The translations under genes and the position numbers were made by a program. DNA of 64,000 nucleotides, from assembly GCA_910577765.1 (NCBI GenBank), contig CAJTOV010000005.1:203-64202 (forward strand), read 5' to 3'. Source of the DNA: an uncultured Lachnospiraceae bacterium. GTDB lineage: Bacteria; Bacillota; Clostridia; Lachnospirales; Lachnospiraceae. The notes beneath the pieces are model-generated. The model ran no database searches. It saw only the letters and a list, made by a program, of their open reading frames with translations, and had not been told where the DNA came from. Shown piece after piece: positions 49,683-59,266 of the stretch (position 1 is its first letter; each line of letters opens with the position of its first letter).

Positions 49683-51943
49683 CCCTTGTCCTCCACACTG
49701 ACCCCTTCATAAAAGAATTTCAGAATCTCCTCGTACCCCATTCCTTCCTTTGCCATACCCTGGGCGCCGTTCTGGCTCATGCCCACTCCGTGGCCGTATC
49801 CGCCTCCGCAGATCCGGAACTGATGGATACCGCCCTCACCGCTTCCCAGATCCTCAATACATAAGAATCCGCTGGGCAGGGAGCTCCAGCCCTCCGTGGT
49901 CTTTCCGTCCTTTCTCTGAATCACCAGACGGGCATCTCCCAGGGCAGCCCGGATGGCATTCTGGCCCTGGATGGTCCGTTCCCCGTCACTGCCTGTGACC
50001 AGCAGCTTAGACGCCACGCCGCTGCTTCCCCGCTCCACGATCCGGATCTGCTGTACCTGCCCCACCCCGCCGATATTTTCCGACAGAATTCCGGTGTTGG
50101 TGACCACATTCCACCGGAAAAAGGGGTAGGAGGAATCATAGGCTGTCATATCACTTTTGATAAACCTGGCAAATTCCTCCTCAGAGCTTAAATCCAGGCT
50201 CTTTCTTCCCGGATTTAAGGTTACGCTTTTCAGATAAGGAGCCTCCGACGGATTGCCGCCCCAGACTCCGTTATCCGCGGTCAGTCCGCAGGAGGTGGAA
50301 AAGTAGTAGGCTGTCACCGGGCTGCCCTGGTGAAACATCATTTTCCCGTAAGTCTCATCCACAGCCCGGGTGCTTCTCTCATCCGGCTCCTGGTTATTGT
50401 ACACCTGGAAATTGGTGCTGTCATCCACGTGGGCCCCGTACTGTCGGTAGGTATTGCCCTGGATCTGCATGTAGGCGTACGTTCTGGCACAGACCGCCTG
50501 GGCCTTTAACGCCTCCAGTTCGTAGGAGGAAGGCATCTCGCTGGGCACCACCCGTTTCAGATACTCCTCCATATACAGCTCATTGACCAGAACCAGCCCT
50601 TCCTCTGTCTCCACAAGCTCCAGACGCCCGGCATAATGGGGCTCATAAGTCCCCCGGTGCAGGGAGGTGACCTGGATCTCCCGGCCCTCCTCCGGCTGCA
50701 CAATCAGCCTTCCCTCCTTAAGCCGCTGGTCACCGGGAGCAATGACCAGCTCCTCCCCGGCTGCCACCTGGGCACTGTCATCCCCCCAGCTAAGAGTCAT
50801 GGCCCCGGGACACCGCAGGGTCACCTGGGGATGGTAAATGCCCTGAAACCCGCTGTCCATCAGCAGCACCCGGATCTTGTCGGCATTAAATTCCCGGACC
50901 GTCAGCACGGCGCAGATTTTGCCCCTGGCCACCACAAATTCCTGCATGTCATAGCCTACCAGAATATCCTCCGGTCTCTGGCGCTCCAGAGTGCCGTAGG
51001 TCTTCAGGAACAGGCACCCCTCCTCAAAAGGAATCTTCCCGTATTCCTCCAGCTCCACCCCGTCCTCCTGGACGGACAGCACCCGCCGGGTCACCCGGTC
51101 CTTTTTCAGGGATACCTTGACGATCTTTCCGTTCTTCATCTGCAGGTCTGCCATATTGTGGACCCACTCCTCCACATGCCTGGAAGCCTTGCTAAGGGGA
51201 ATCCGCCGGTCAATGTCCCCCTGGCACACCAGAAGCTCCTGCTCATTTCCGTCTGCCAGCCACACATTGCTGCACACATATTCCTGGCCTTCGTCCGCCA
51301 GTACATGGATGATCTCCCGGTCCCTGCGGTAGACCCTTAACTGGTGGTCAATATACCCGTCCAGGGAGAGACCGCTGAATTTCATGGTGCCCAGACTGGT
51401 ATGGGCGGTCCAGGGAGCGGTGCCGGGAATATTTTCCACGGTTCCGTATACCTGGATCTGGGCTTCCTCCACCTGGTGGTCCTTGTCCGCCTCCTTTAAC
51501 AGGGCATCGTAAAGAAGCCACCAGCGCTCCTTAGGGATAGGCCGGTTGGAATTCTGCCTGCCTGCCTCAATCAGCCGTTCCAGGTCCCCGGAAATGCGTC
51601 CGGCCAGACGGAAGGCATCTGCATAGGTCAGATAGGTCAGGGCATCCTCCTCGGTGGCAGGAATCTCTTCCTCGGTTATGTATCCAAGCTCATACAGACA
51701 GTCCATGTAAGGCACAAACCACTGGTCCATGGTTCTTGCCGGGAACCGGGAAGCTCCATGCTCCTTCTGCCACCCGTCCAGTTCCTCCTGGGATAGGAAA
51801 ACCAGGGCGACTGACTTTGCCGCCATCGCCCTGGTAATTCCATCCTTTTCCTTCTCATGTACCACAATCACCAAAATCAGTACCAGTACCAGAATGGGGA
51901 TCCCGAACACCCATCCCATCATTGCTTTCCGTTTCATAGACAT
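49679..51943 (-). CDS. SpoIID/LytB domain protein
   Basis: N-terminal TM; YLKRVVPSEM...EALKAQAVCARTYA, QVY, GYGHGVGMSQNGA. Confidence 0.92.
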   Translation of the reverse strand: MSMKRKAMMGWVFGIPILVLVLILVIVVHEKEKDGITRAMAAKSVALVFLSQEELDGWQKEHGASRFPARTMDQWFVPYMDCLYELGYITEEEIPATEEDALTYLTYADAFRLAGRISGDLERLIEAGRQNSNRPIPKERWWLLYDALLKEADKDHQVEEAQIQVYGTVENIPGTAPWTAHTSLGTMKFSGLSLDGYIDHQLRVYRRDREIIHVLADEGQEYVCSNVWLADGNEQELLVCQGDIDRRIPLSKASRHVEEWVHNMADLQMKNGKIVKVSLKKDRVTRRVLSVQEDGVELEEYGKIPFEEGCLFLKTYGTLERQRPEDILVGYDMQEFVVARGKICAVLTVREFNADKIRVLLMDSGFQGIYHPQVTLRCPGAMTLSWGDDSAQVAAGEELVIAPGDQRLKEGRLIVQPEEGREIQVTSLHRGTYEPHYAGRLELVETEEGLVLVNELYMEEYLKRVVPSEMPSSYELEALKAQAVCARTYAYMQIQGNTYRQYGAHVDDSTNFQVYNNQEPDERSTRAVDETYGKMMFHQGSPVTAYYFSTSCGLTADNGVWGGNPSEAPYLKSVTLNPGRKSLDLSSEEEFARFIKSDMTAYDSSYPFFRWNVVTNTGILSENIGGVGQVQQIRIVERGSSGVASKLLVTGSDGERTIQGQNAIRAALGDARLVIQRKDGKTTEGWSSLPSGFLCIEDLGSGEGGIHQFRICGGGYGHGVGMSQNGAQGMAKEGMGYEEILKFFYEGVSVEDKG

Positions 51944-51945
51944 CC

Positions 51946-53190
51946 CTACTTTTTGATAAACGTTTTGTGGTTCTCGTCAATATGGTCCAGATCTTCATAC
52001 TGTTCTATATCGCCGGACAGCCTGCGCCTGCCAAGGCCGTAGGTCACCAGCTCGGTCACCAGCTTGTAGAGCACCGCAAAGGTGGGCACCCCGATGATCA
52101 TGCCTGCAAATCCCAGCACACCTCCGAACAGCAGTATGGAAAACAGCACCCAGAAGCTGGAGAGTCCGGTGGAATCCCCCAGGATCTTGGGCCCCAGAAT
52201 ATTGCCGTCAAACTGCTGGAGAAGCAGGACGAAGATCACAAAATACAGGCATTTCAGGGGGCTTACCAGCAGAATCAAAAAGGCGCTGGGGATCGCCCCG
52301 ATAAAGGGTCCGAAAAAGGGAATCACATTGGTGACCCCGATGATTACACTGATCAGCAGCACATAGGGCATCTTCATCACATTCAGCAGGACAAAGCTCA
52401 TAATGCCGATAATCAGGGAATCCAGCAGCTTTCCGATGATGAAGCCCCCGAACACATGGTGGACATACCGCCCTTCCTCCAGGACCTTGTTGGCGATCTT
52501 TACCGGGAAAATGCTGTAGATGATCATCTTCATCTGGGTCACCAGCTTTTCCTTCATATTTAGAAGATACACCATAACGATAATGCCGATCAGCAGGTTC
52601 TTGATCACATTCAAGAAGGTAAACAGGCCGCTGGACACTTCTCCGATAATATTCCTCAGATTGGGCACCACGTCATTGGTGACCCAGTTCTGAAAATATC
52701 CCACACCCATGCTGTAATACTCCATGACCGTGGCTTCCACCTCCGGGTTGTCTGCCAGAACCTGCTCCAGCCACTTCTGTAAATTCACCAGGCTGGTGGG
52801 AAGGGCCTCCACGATCCCCATAATACTGTCCCAGAGCTGGGGAATCATCATGGAAATGATGCCGAATACTACCAGAATCCACATGACCACACTGACAATG
52901 GTGGCCGCAAAGCTGCCCAGGGCCCTTCGTCTCTCCGGGCTGGTGATCACCCTGGACGATGCCTTCTCCACCACCTGCCGGACCCAGTTGTACACCGGCG
53001 CCAGCAGATAGGCAAACACGGCCCCATAAAGAATGGGGGCCAGAATCCCCATAAGCATCTGGCCTGCTGCCAGTACCCGGTCAAACTTGATCAGCAGAAA
53101 TACCAGAAGTACGATTCCGGATAATACCAGAAGGGCGGTAACTCCCCAGTATATAAATGTTTGATATTTGTTCCGATTGTCCCGATTCAT
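51946..53190 (-). CDS. AI-2E family transporter
   Basis: AYLLAP, NVIPFFGPFIGAIP, QQFDGNILGPKILG. Confidence 0.93.
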   Translation of the reverse strand: MNRDNRNKYQTFIYWGVTALLVLSGIVLLVFLLIKFDRVLAAGQMLMGILAPILYGAVFAYLLAPVYNWVRQVVEKASSRVITSPERRRALGSFAATIVSVVMWILVVFGIISMMIPQLWDSIMGIVEALPTSLVNLQKWLEQVLADNPEVEATVMEYYSMGVGYFQNWVTNDVVPNLRNIIGEVSSGLFTFLNVIKNLLIGIIVMVYLLNMKEKLVTQMKMIIYSIFPVKIANKVLEEGRYVHHVFGGFIIGKLLDSLIIGIMSFVLLNVMKMPYVLLISVIIGVTNVIPFFGPFIGAIPSAFLILLVSPLKCLYFVIFVLLLQQFDGNILGPKILGDSTGLSSFWVLFSILLFGGVLGFAGMIIGVPTFAVLYKLVTELVTYGLGRRRLSGDIEQYEDLDHIDENHKTFIKK

Positions 53191-53332
53191 AGAAACTCCT
53201 TTTGTCTTGTAAAGTACTGTATACTGCCAGTCCAGGCAACGCTGCTGCCTATCTGAACTGATATCCAGTTTATGTAATTGTTCCCGGATTCATGTCCTGC
53301 CAGACTATATTACCATAAAAATACAAAAAGAT

Positions 53333-53359
53333 AAAGCAGCGATTGCTCGCTGCTTTTTT
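53333..53359. terminator. Terminator downstream of 6S RNA
   Basis: AAAGCAGCGA-TTGC-TCGCTGCTTT. Confidence 0.8.
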
Positions 53360-53363
53360 CTTT

Positions 53364-53544
53364 CGTAATCCCAAAATGCCGGTCTTACTTATTGACGCCT
53401 AGCATATGCCAGGTGGGCAACCTCACGCAGACTTCTGCCTTCCACTCAAAAGGAGGCCTGACATCCGCCTGCAAATATTGGAATCCCTAAGTCGAAAATG
53501 TAGGTTCAAAATTGGTAAGGTTGTCGAACATTCCAGGAGTTACG
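53364..53544 (-). ncRNA. ssrS: 6S RNA
   Basis: About 180 nt. 5' CGTAACTCCTGGAATGTTCG pairs with 3' CGGCATTTTGGGATTACG; internal TTGAACC and CCCACCTG...GGCGTCAA motifs are typical of Firmicute 6S. It has its own promoter and terminator. Confidence 0.85.
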
Positions 53545-53623
53545 ATTACGGTTTTATGTGGAACACAAACTGCGGTTCGGAGAATTCCCGGTGCTGCATG
53601 TGTTCTGCATCGGCTCTGGTTTG

Positions 53624-53652
53624 ATTATACAACAGGTAAGAAGGATTTTCAA
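53624..53652 (-). promoter_or_regulatory. Sigma-A promoter of 6S RNA
   Basis: TTGAAA-17-TATAAT on the minus strand. Confidence 0.75.
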
Positions 53653-53830
53653 GTTCCTTTTGTTTACTGGGGGAGATTTCCTGAAAAGCGAGGTACGGTT
53701 CACGGGGAAATCCGGACGCCTGATGCTTCTTGTGAATAGTAACAAAAGTGGAACTTGTCTGTTTCCGGAAAATGATGTAAACTTTTTAAATACGGTGTCA
53801 TGGATTTCAGGAAGCAGGAGGGACCGGGCG

Positions 53831-54793
53831 ATGAGCCAGCGTTTTTTTGATGAGAATGTTTATCCGGCCATAGGAGACAGTGAGATTACGGCCTGCCGGC
53901 TCTGTCCCAGAGCGTGCGGGGCGGACCGGAAAGTGCAGACTGGATTTTGCGGATGCGGAGGGCAGGTGCGGGCTGCCAGGGCGGCGCTCCATCACTGGGA
54001 GGAGCCCTGGATCAGCGGCGTAAACGGAAGCGGAACCGTATTTTTCAGCGGATGTACCCTGCGGTGCTGTTTCTGCCAGAATTACAGCATCAGCCAGGAA
54101 AACTACGGAAAGGCCTTAAATGGGGAGGCCCTGGCAGATGTGTTTCTGCGGCTTCAGGACCAGGGGGCCCACAATCTTAACCTGGTGACAGCCACCCAGT
54201 TTCTGCCCTGGATTCTTCCGGCTCTTGACAGGGTCCGGCACCGGCTTAAGATTCCGGTGGTGTACAACACCGGCGGGTATGAACGGGTGGAGACGGTGAA
54301 CGCCCTGAAGGATTATGTGGATGTGTGGCTGCCGGATCTGAAATACTTTGACCCGGGGCTGTCTGCATGCTTTTCCGAAGCTGCGGATTATTTTGATGTG
54401 GCCTCCCGGGCGGTGGAACAGATGATCCGGCAGACCGGCACCCCCCGATTCACCCAGGTATCCAAAGAACGTCCGGAAAGCCCCAGGCTTCTGAACCGGG
54501 GCGTCATCATCCGCCACATGGTGCTGCCGGGACACAAGGAGGATTCTGTCCGGCTGCTGGGCTGGATGGCGGAGAATCTTCCCAGGGGGCAGTATTTCGT
54601 CAGTCTGTTAAGCCAGTATACACCATACCGCCAAAATCCCCGCTACCCGGAGCTGAACCGGCGGGTCACCAGCTACGAATACGGAAAGGTGGTGGATGCG
54701 GCCCTGGCCCTGGGTCTGGACCAGGGATTTATGCAGAAAAAAACCAGCGCCAGGGAAGCCTATACGCCGCCCTTTGACCTGGAAGGCCTTTAG
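53831..54793 (+). CDS. Radical SAM protein (PflX/PFL-activating-enzyme-like)
   Basis: CRLCPRACG, HHWEEP, GSGTVFFSGCTLRCCFCQN (CxxxCxxC), RHMVLPG, QYTP. Confidence 0.92.
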   Translation: MSQRFFDENVYPAIGDSEITACRLCPRACGADRKVQTGFCGCGGQVRAARAALHHWEEPWISGVNGSGTVFFSGCTLRCCFCQNYSISQENYGKALNGEALADVFLRLQDQGAHNLNLVTATQFLPWILPALDRVRHRLKIPVVYNTGGYERVETVNALKDYVDVWLPDLKYFDPGLSACFSEAADYFDVASRAVEQMIRQTGTPRFTQVSKERPESPRLLNRGVIIRHMVLPGHKEDSVRLLGWMAENLPRGQYFVSLLSQYTPYRQNPRYPELNRRVTSYEYGKVVDAALALGLDQGFMQKKTSAREAYTPPFDLEGL

Positions 54794-54836
54794 AGCAGCA
54801 GCCGCTCTGCTTCCCGGACTGCTGGTGAAAATATCC

Positions 54837-55076
54837 AAAAACAAGGATACCAGTCCGGTTCTTCCCGCAACTGGTATCCTTTAACATGATGTGTCCATTG
54901 GACTCTACCTCGCTTTATTTTATTTTGTAATTCTTGTGGATGCTCTGTACATCCTTAACTTAAGTTTTCGGTGGTCCGTACCTCCTTTTCCTGGATTTTT
55001 GAGATTTCCTTTCTGCTGGAAATCTCTTTTGAAGATTCCCTTTGAATCTTCTGTTTTACTGTCCTCTGTTTTTGAT
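54837..55076 (-). ncRNA. Candidate ~235-nt small RNA (unknown family)
   Basis: Lies between a strong promoter (55083-55111) and a terminator (54843-54882). It contains no substantial RBS-led ORF and has several short hairpins in A-rich linkers. Confidence 0.55.
54843..54882. terminator. Bidirectional intrinsic terminator
   Basis: AAGGATACCAGT...ACTGGTATCCTT with T-runs on both strands. Confidence 0.85.
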
Positions 55077-55082
55077 GGTTTT

Positions 55083-55111
55083 ATCATAACAGATTTGCCC
55101 GGTTTTGTCAA
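55083..55111 (-). promoter_or_regulatory. Strong sigma-A promoter
   Basis: TTGACA-17-TATGAT with an extended -10 TG and an A-rich UP-like region. Confidence 0.8.
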
Positions 55112-55163
55112 TACTCTTTTTCCTGTTTCTTTCTGTTTTTTATTTATTTTTAAATTGCATAAT

Positions 55164-55178
55164 AATTTTCAAAAAATT
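55164..55178. promoter_or_regulatory. CodY-box-like site
   Basis: AATTTTCAAAAAATT is a 14/15 match to AATTTTCWGAAAATT, but the context is AT-rich. Confidence 0.45.
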
Positions 55179-55344
55179 TAAGATATTTCAAATTTATAAC
55201 AAATAATAAGAATTCCCCGTAGCGGCAGCTTCTGCCGGAACCGTTTCCCTGAAGCTGTCAGCATAAGACCGTGGTCTGTATGGGAAAGCTGTCTGTGTAC
55301 GGGCGTTTCCCCTTTCCCACACAGACAGCCGCCCATGGATATCC

Positions 55345-55710
55345 TTACAAGGACCGGATGTACTTTTCCACCATCCCGGCGATGTGGGCCCGGGTATAGG
55401 GCTTCTCTATGAAGCCGAAGGCCTGGATCTTCCATGCCTCCAGGGAGAACCCGGGGATGCTGGACATCAGGACCACCGCCGGCGCAGGCTCCTGCTTATG
55501 CAGTTCCTTGGCCAGGCTGATCCCGCTGATATCCGGCATGACGATATCCGTAAATACCATATCAATGGCGTTCTCCTTTACAAAGTCCACCACTGCCACT
55601 GCCTCCTCAAAGCATCCGGCCAGCTCCACACCTTCCATATTCAGAAAGATCCGCCGGATCTTCTCCAGAAGCTCCGGCGCATTGTCCACTGCAACCACCT
55701 TAATCGCCAT
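55345..55710 (-). CDS. Single-domain response regulator (receiver only)
   Basis: VAVDN, FTDIVMPDISG, FIEKPY; 121 aa with no output domain. Confidence 0.88.
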   Translation of the reverse strand: MAIKVVAVDNAPELLEKIRRIFLNMEGVELAGCFEEAVAVVDFVKENAIDMVFTDIVMPDISGISLAKELHKQEPAPAVVLMSSIPGFSLEAWKIQAFGFIEKPYTRAHIAGMVEKYIRSL

Positions 55711-56896
55711 GTTTCCCCTTTCCTCCCCAAAGAACCGTCAGCATGGATGCCAGGGCATACAGAGGGCTGGTTCCCAGCCGGTACTCCAGCATGCCCAGAT
55801 TCCGGTCCCAGTTTTCTACCTGGCGGGAATACCGGTAGGCTGCTGCCACCAGGTCCTCCTGCCGGATCTGTCCGGTTTTCCGGTACCGGAAGAGACACCA
55901 CTCCCGGATCACCAGACAACTGACCACCACCAGCTTCACCTTCCCGTAGACGTCCCGGTCATAGACAGCCCCCAGAAGCCAGGTCCGCAGAAAATACAGG
56001 GCCAGGTTCTCCCAGGCCTGCTCCAGACCTGCCGCTTCCCCGGCAAACTGCCGTTCCAGCCTTTCGTAGGAATCCGGTGTCTCCTTGTGGTACAGGGCCG
56101 TGCAGATGCTCCCCTGCTTCTTCTCCCAGTCTGCCAGCACCGGCTCCAGCTTCTGCATGTCCCGCATCCAGCCGCTGATCCGCAGCATCCGTTCCCGGCT
56201 CCGGCCTTCATAAGGCTCCAGCTTCTCCCGGAAGACAGACACGGCCTCCCTGTCCAGATACCGGCGGTTCCACTTGTCTGCCAGGCTGGAAACATCCGCC
56301 TCTGTTCCTTCCAGGTACAGATGGCGCTGGAAATCATGGGCATAAGCCAGAATCATGGCCAGACGCTGGCTCCAGTCCATGGAACGGTCCTTAAGCAGAC
56401 ACACCATGGTGAGGCGGACTTCCTCCAGGCACCGGAGCAGCTCCGGGTCGCAGACCGGGTCTGTCTCCTGGCTGACGGAAGGATTCTCCTGCCTGGTCCA
56501 TTCCAGGAAGGCTCCCTGGGCAGTGTCTTCCAAAATCAGTCTGGCTGCCTCCGGACAGGACAAGGACAGCATCAGCTCCTGGACCTGCCCGTAATCCTCC
56601 CTGTGCCGCGGATAGATCCGGCAGGCCCTGCACATGGCGTCCTTTCCCAGCTCTTTGTAGATCCGGCACAGGCCCTCCTGGTCCAGAAGGGTGCAGGCCC
56701 GGTTCCGGAGGCGGAAGGAGCGGTCCTTCCGGTCAATCCCCTTCCTGAGACGGGCTCCGAAGGCCCCGGGAACCTGCATATAGTTCCGGTAGCTTTTCTC
56801 GTCGATCTGAATTCTCCAGCCTCCGCAGCAGGTATCCGGGCAGGCGGAGCCTGCACATGAAAACTGCCGGTAATAATAAGGTATTTTATACTGCAT
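55700..56896 (-). CDS. FliB-family flagellin lysine-N-methylase-like Cys-cluster protein
   Basis: FSCAGSACPDTCCGGWRIQID, C..LD..GLC.IY...C..CRIYPR, LSLSCPEAARLIL. Confidence 0.85.
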   Translation of the reverse strand: MQYKIPYYYRQFSCAGSACPDTCCGGWRIQIDEKSYRNYMQVPGAFGARLRKGIDRKDRSFRLRNRACTLLDQEGLCRIYKELGKDAMCRACRIYPRHREDYGQVQELMLSLSCPEAARLILEDTAQGAFLEWTRQENPSVSQETDPVCDPELLRCLEEVRLTMVCLLKDRSMDWSQRLAMILAYAHDFQRHLYLEGTEADVSSLADKWNRRYLDREAVSVFREKLEPYEGRSRERMLRISGWMRDMQKLEPVLADWEKKQGSICTALYHKETPDSYERLERQFAGEAAGLEQAWENLALYFLRTWLLGAVYDRDVYGKVKLVVVSCLVIREWCLFRYRKTGQIRQEDLVAAAYRYSRQVENWDRNLGMLEYRLGTSPLYALASMLTVLWGGKGKHGD

Positions 56897-56924
56897 GTTC
56901 CTCCTGTTCCTTTCTCTGTATCTG

Positions 56925-57887
56925 TCATTTCCTGTATCCGCCGAAAGAAGGCGTCTCCCGGATCTCCTGCTCTGCCAGAAGCTGCCTTACCACCTGGCCA
57001 TACTCGGAAAGTCTCTGGGACTTTTTGATCTTTTTACCATATTTTTCGAAGTTTGTAAAGGAGCTGCCCAGATATCCCCAGACTTCCTTCATCTTAAACA
57101 GTACATTCCTGTCTCCGGGGATGGCCTGGCAGTATCCTTCCAGCAGTGCTTCATGGAATGCCCCGATCCGGTCCTTGTCCGGCGCCTTCCCCTCAGCCAG
57201 GGCCGGATTGGCCACCAGTCCCCTGCCCATCATCACACAGTCCAGGGAAGGGAACCGTTCTTTTATCCGGCGGATATCCTCCCGGGAAAACAGGTCTCCG
57301 TTGTAGCATACCGGGCAGGCGCTGTGCTCCACTGCCAGGGCAAAGGCCTCCAGATCCGGGGTATTTTCATAAAAATCCTTCTGGAGTCTGGGATGAATCA
57401 CCAGCCGCTTTAAGGGATAGCGGCTGAAGATTTCCAGAAGCCCCGGGAATTCCTCCCGGTGTTCCCTGCCGGTCCGGGTCTTGACCGACAGCTCCAGATC
57501 CAGCGGTTCCAGGGCCTCACAGACCCGGGAAAGAAAGGCGTCCAGCTCCTCCGGAAATGCCAGGAATCCGGCGCCCCGTTTCCTGGTAACCACCGTGGCA
57601 GACGGACAGCCCAGATTTAAGTTGACTTCCCTGTATCCCAGGGCACGGACCTTCCGGGCGGCCCAGATGAATTCGTCTGCCTTGCAGCTCATGATCTGGG
57701 GCACCACCGGCACCCCCTGGTTGTGTTCCGGGCTGATGTCGGCTGTCTCCCGGCTGGTCAGGCGCCGGTTCTGGTTGGGCACCAGAAAGGGCGTATAGTA
57801 CTGGGCAATCCCGCGGAAATAGCGGTGGTGGGCATTGCGGTATACATAGCCGGTAATGCCCTCCATAGGTGCGAAAAAACAGTTCAT
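56925..57887 (-). CDS. tRNA-dihydrouridine synthase family
   Basis: APMEGIT, NLNLGCPS, SVKTR, IHPR, YNGD, MMGRG. Confidence 0.93.
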   Translation of the reverse strand: MNCFFAPMEGITGYVYRNAHHRYFRGIAQYYTPFLVPNQNRRLTSRETADISPEHNQGVPVVPQIMSCKADEFIWAARKVRALGYREVNLNLGCPSATVVTRKRGAGFLAFPEELDAFLSRVCEALEPLDLELSVKTRTGREHREEFPGLLEIFSRYPLKRLVIHPRLQKDFYENTPDLEAFALAVEHSACPVCYNGDLFSREDIRRIKERFPSLDCVMMGRGLVANPALAEGKAPDKDRIGAFHEALLEGYCQAIPGDRNVLFKMKEVWGYLGSSFTNFEKYGKKIKKSQRLSEYGQVVRQLLAEQEIRETPSFGGYRK

Positions 57888-57931
57888 ATTCTCTAAATTC
57901 CTTTATCTGATATGGCTGGAGGAACCTGGTC

Positions 57932-58489
57932 TCACCGGGCCATAAGCCGGTCCCCGTGGTCTTTCAGCCATCTTCTCTGGTTCCGGTAGTCCGGCATCAC
58001 CGTCTCCACAAGGTTCCAGAAACGTTCCGAATGGTTCATTTCCTTCCGGTGGGCCAGCTCATGGATCACCACATAGTCCAGCACCGGCTCCGGGGCCAGA
58101 ATCAGCCGCCAGTTAAAATTCAAATTGCCTTTGGCACTGCAGCTGCCCCACCGGGTCTTCTGGTCCCGGACCGTGATGGTGCCGAAGGTCACCTGCATGA
58201 TCCCGGCATAAAGGGCCGCCTTCTGCCGCAGCACGGTACCAGCCAGTCTGCGGGCTTTGGCATAGTCTGCTTCGCTCCACGCAGGCTGGCTCTCCTGCTG
58301 GGCCTTAACCTCTTCCAGGCGGATTCTGACCTGGCGCAGATGGTCCTGAATCCAGCCGTCTTTTTCCCGGACAAACCCGTCAATGGCTGCCTTACTGCAC
58401 CGTCTGGGGGCCCGGACCACCACCTCTCCCTCCGGGGTGATCTGGATGGCAATGGTCTTTCTTGCGGAACGTACCAGCTTATACTCCAT
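57932..58489 (-). CDS. YgjP/DUF45 (M48-like) metallopeptidase domain protein
   Basis: RSARKT, KTRWGSCS, YVVIHELAH, NHSERFW. Start at ATG 58489. Confidence 0.9.
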   Translation of the reverse strand: MEYKLVRSARKTIAIQITPEGEVVVRAPRRCSKAAIDGFVREKDGWIQDHLRQVRIRLEEVKAQQESQPAWSEADYAKARRLAGTVLRQKAALYAGIMQVTFGTITVRDQKTRWGSCSAKGNLNFNWRLILAPEPVLDYVVIHELAHRKEMNHSERFWNLVETVMPDYRNQRRWLKDHGDRLMAR

Positions 58490-59168
58490 TTTGGGCACAG
58501 ATATCCTGCAGACAGCAGCGGTCACAGTATGGCTTTGTCCGCGCTGTGCAGACCTCCCTTCCATGATATACCAGCCTGTGGCAGAAATCGCTGCCTTCCT
58601 CCGGGGGAACGATCTTCCACAGGGCCATTTCCACCTTCTTAGGCTCCTTAATGCCGTCCACCAGGCCGATCCGGTTGGTGAGGCGGATACAGTGGGTGTC
58701 CGTTACAATGGCCGGCTTGCCAAACACATCCCCCATAATGAGATTGGCGCTTTTTCTGCCTACCCCGGGCAGGGCCAGAAGGGCGTCAAAGTCATCCGGC
58801 ACCCGGCTGCCGTGCCGGTCCCTGAGGATTTTCATGCAGGCACTGATGTCCCGGGCCTTGCTGTGCCCCAGGCCGCAGGGCTTGACAATGGCTTCAATGT
58901 CCGCCACATCCGCCTGGGCCAGGGAGTCTACGTCCGGGTATCTGGCATATAAATCCTCCACCACCACATTGACCCGGGCGTCGGTGCACTGGGCCGCCAG
59001 GCGGACGCTGACCAGAAGCTTCCAGGCTTCATTGTAGTCCAGGGTGCAGTCTGCCGACGGGTAGGCTTTCTTCAGCCGGTCAATGACCTCCAGGGCCAGG
59101 GCCTTCTTTGCTTCCTGGTGATCATCCAAAGATTTCTTATTCTTGTTCTTTTCCGCTTCCTTTGTCAT
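58479..59168 (-). CDS. nth: Endonuclease III
   Basis: LAAQCTD, HhH LPGVGRKSAN, VTDTH, Fe-S motif C-x6-C-x2-C-x5-C. Start at ATG 59168 after GGAGG. Confidence 0.95.
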   Translation of the reverse strand: MTKEAEKNKNKKSLDDHQEAKKALALEVIDRLKKAYPSADCTLDYNEAWKLLVSVRLAAQCTDARVNVVVEDLYARYPDVDSLAQADVADIEAIVKPCGLGHSKARDISACMKILRDRHGSRVPDDFDALLALPGVGRKSANLIMGDVFGKPAIVTDTHCIRLTNRIGLVDGIKEPKKVEMALWKIVPPEEGSDFCHRLVYHGREVCTARTKPYCDRCCLQDICAQNGV

Positions 59169-59266
59169 TCTTGTCCTTTTCCTCCGTTTATTGCAGCCGT
59201 TCCCATACTTCCCGGACAATGGGTGTGTCCCCCTGTCCGCAGGGCAGTAGTAATGGCAACCGGTTT

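Noticed and set aside
54920..55111. 63-aa ORF from the track
   Set aside because: Its TTG start is the -35 hexamer (TTGACA) of the promoter, so it begins upstream of the transcript; it has no recognisable family.
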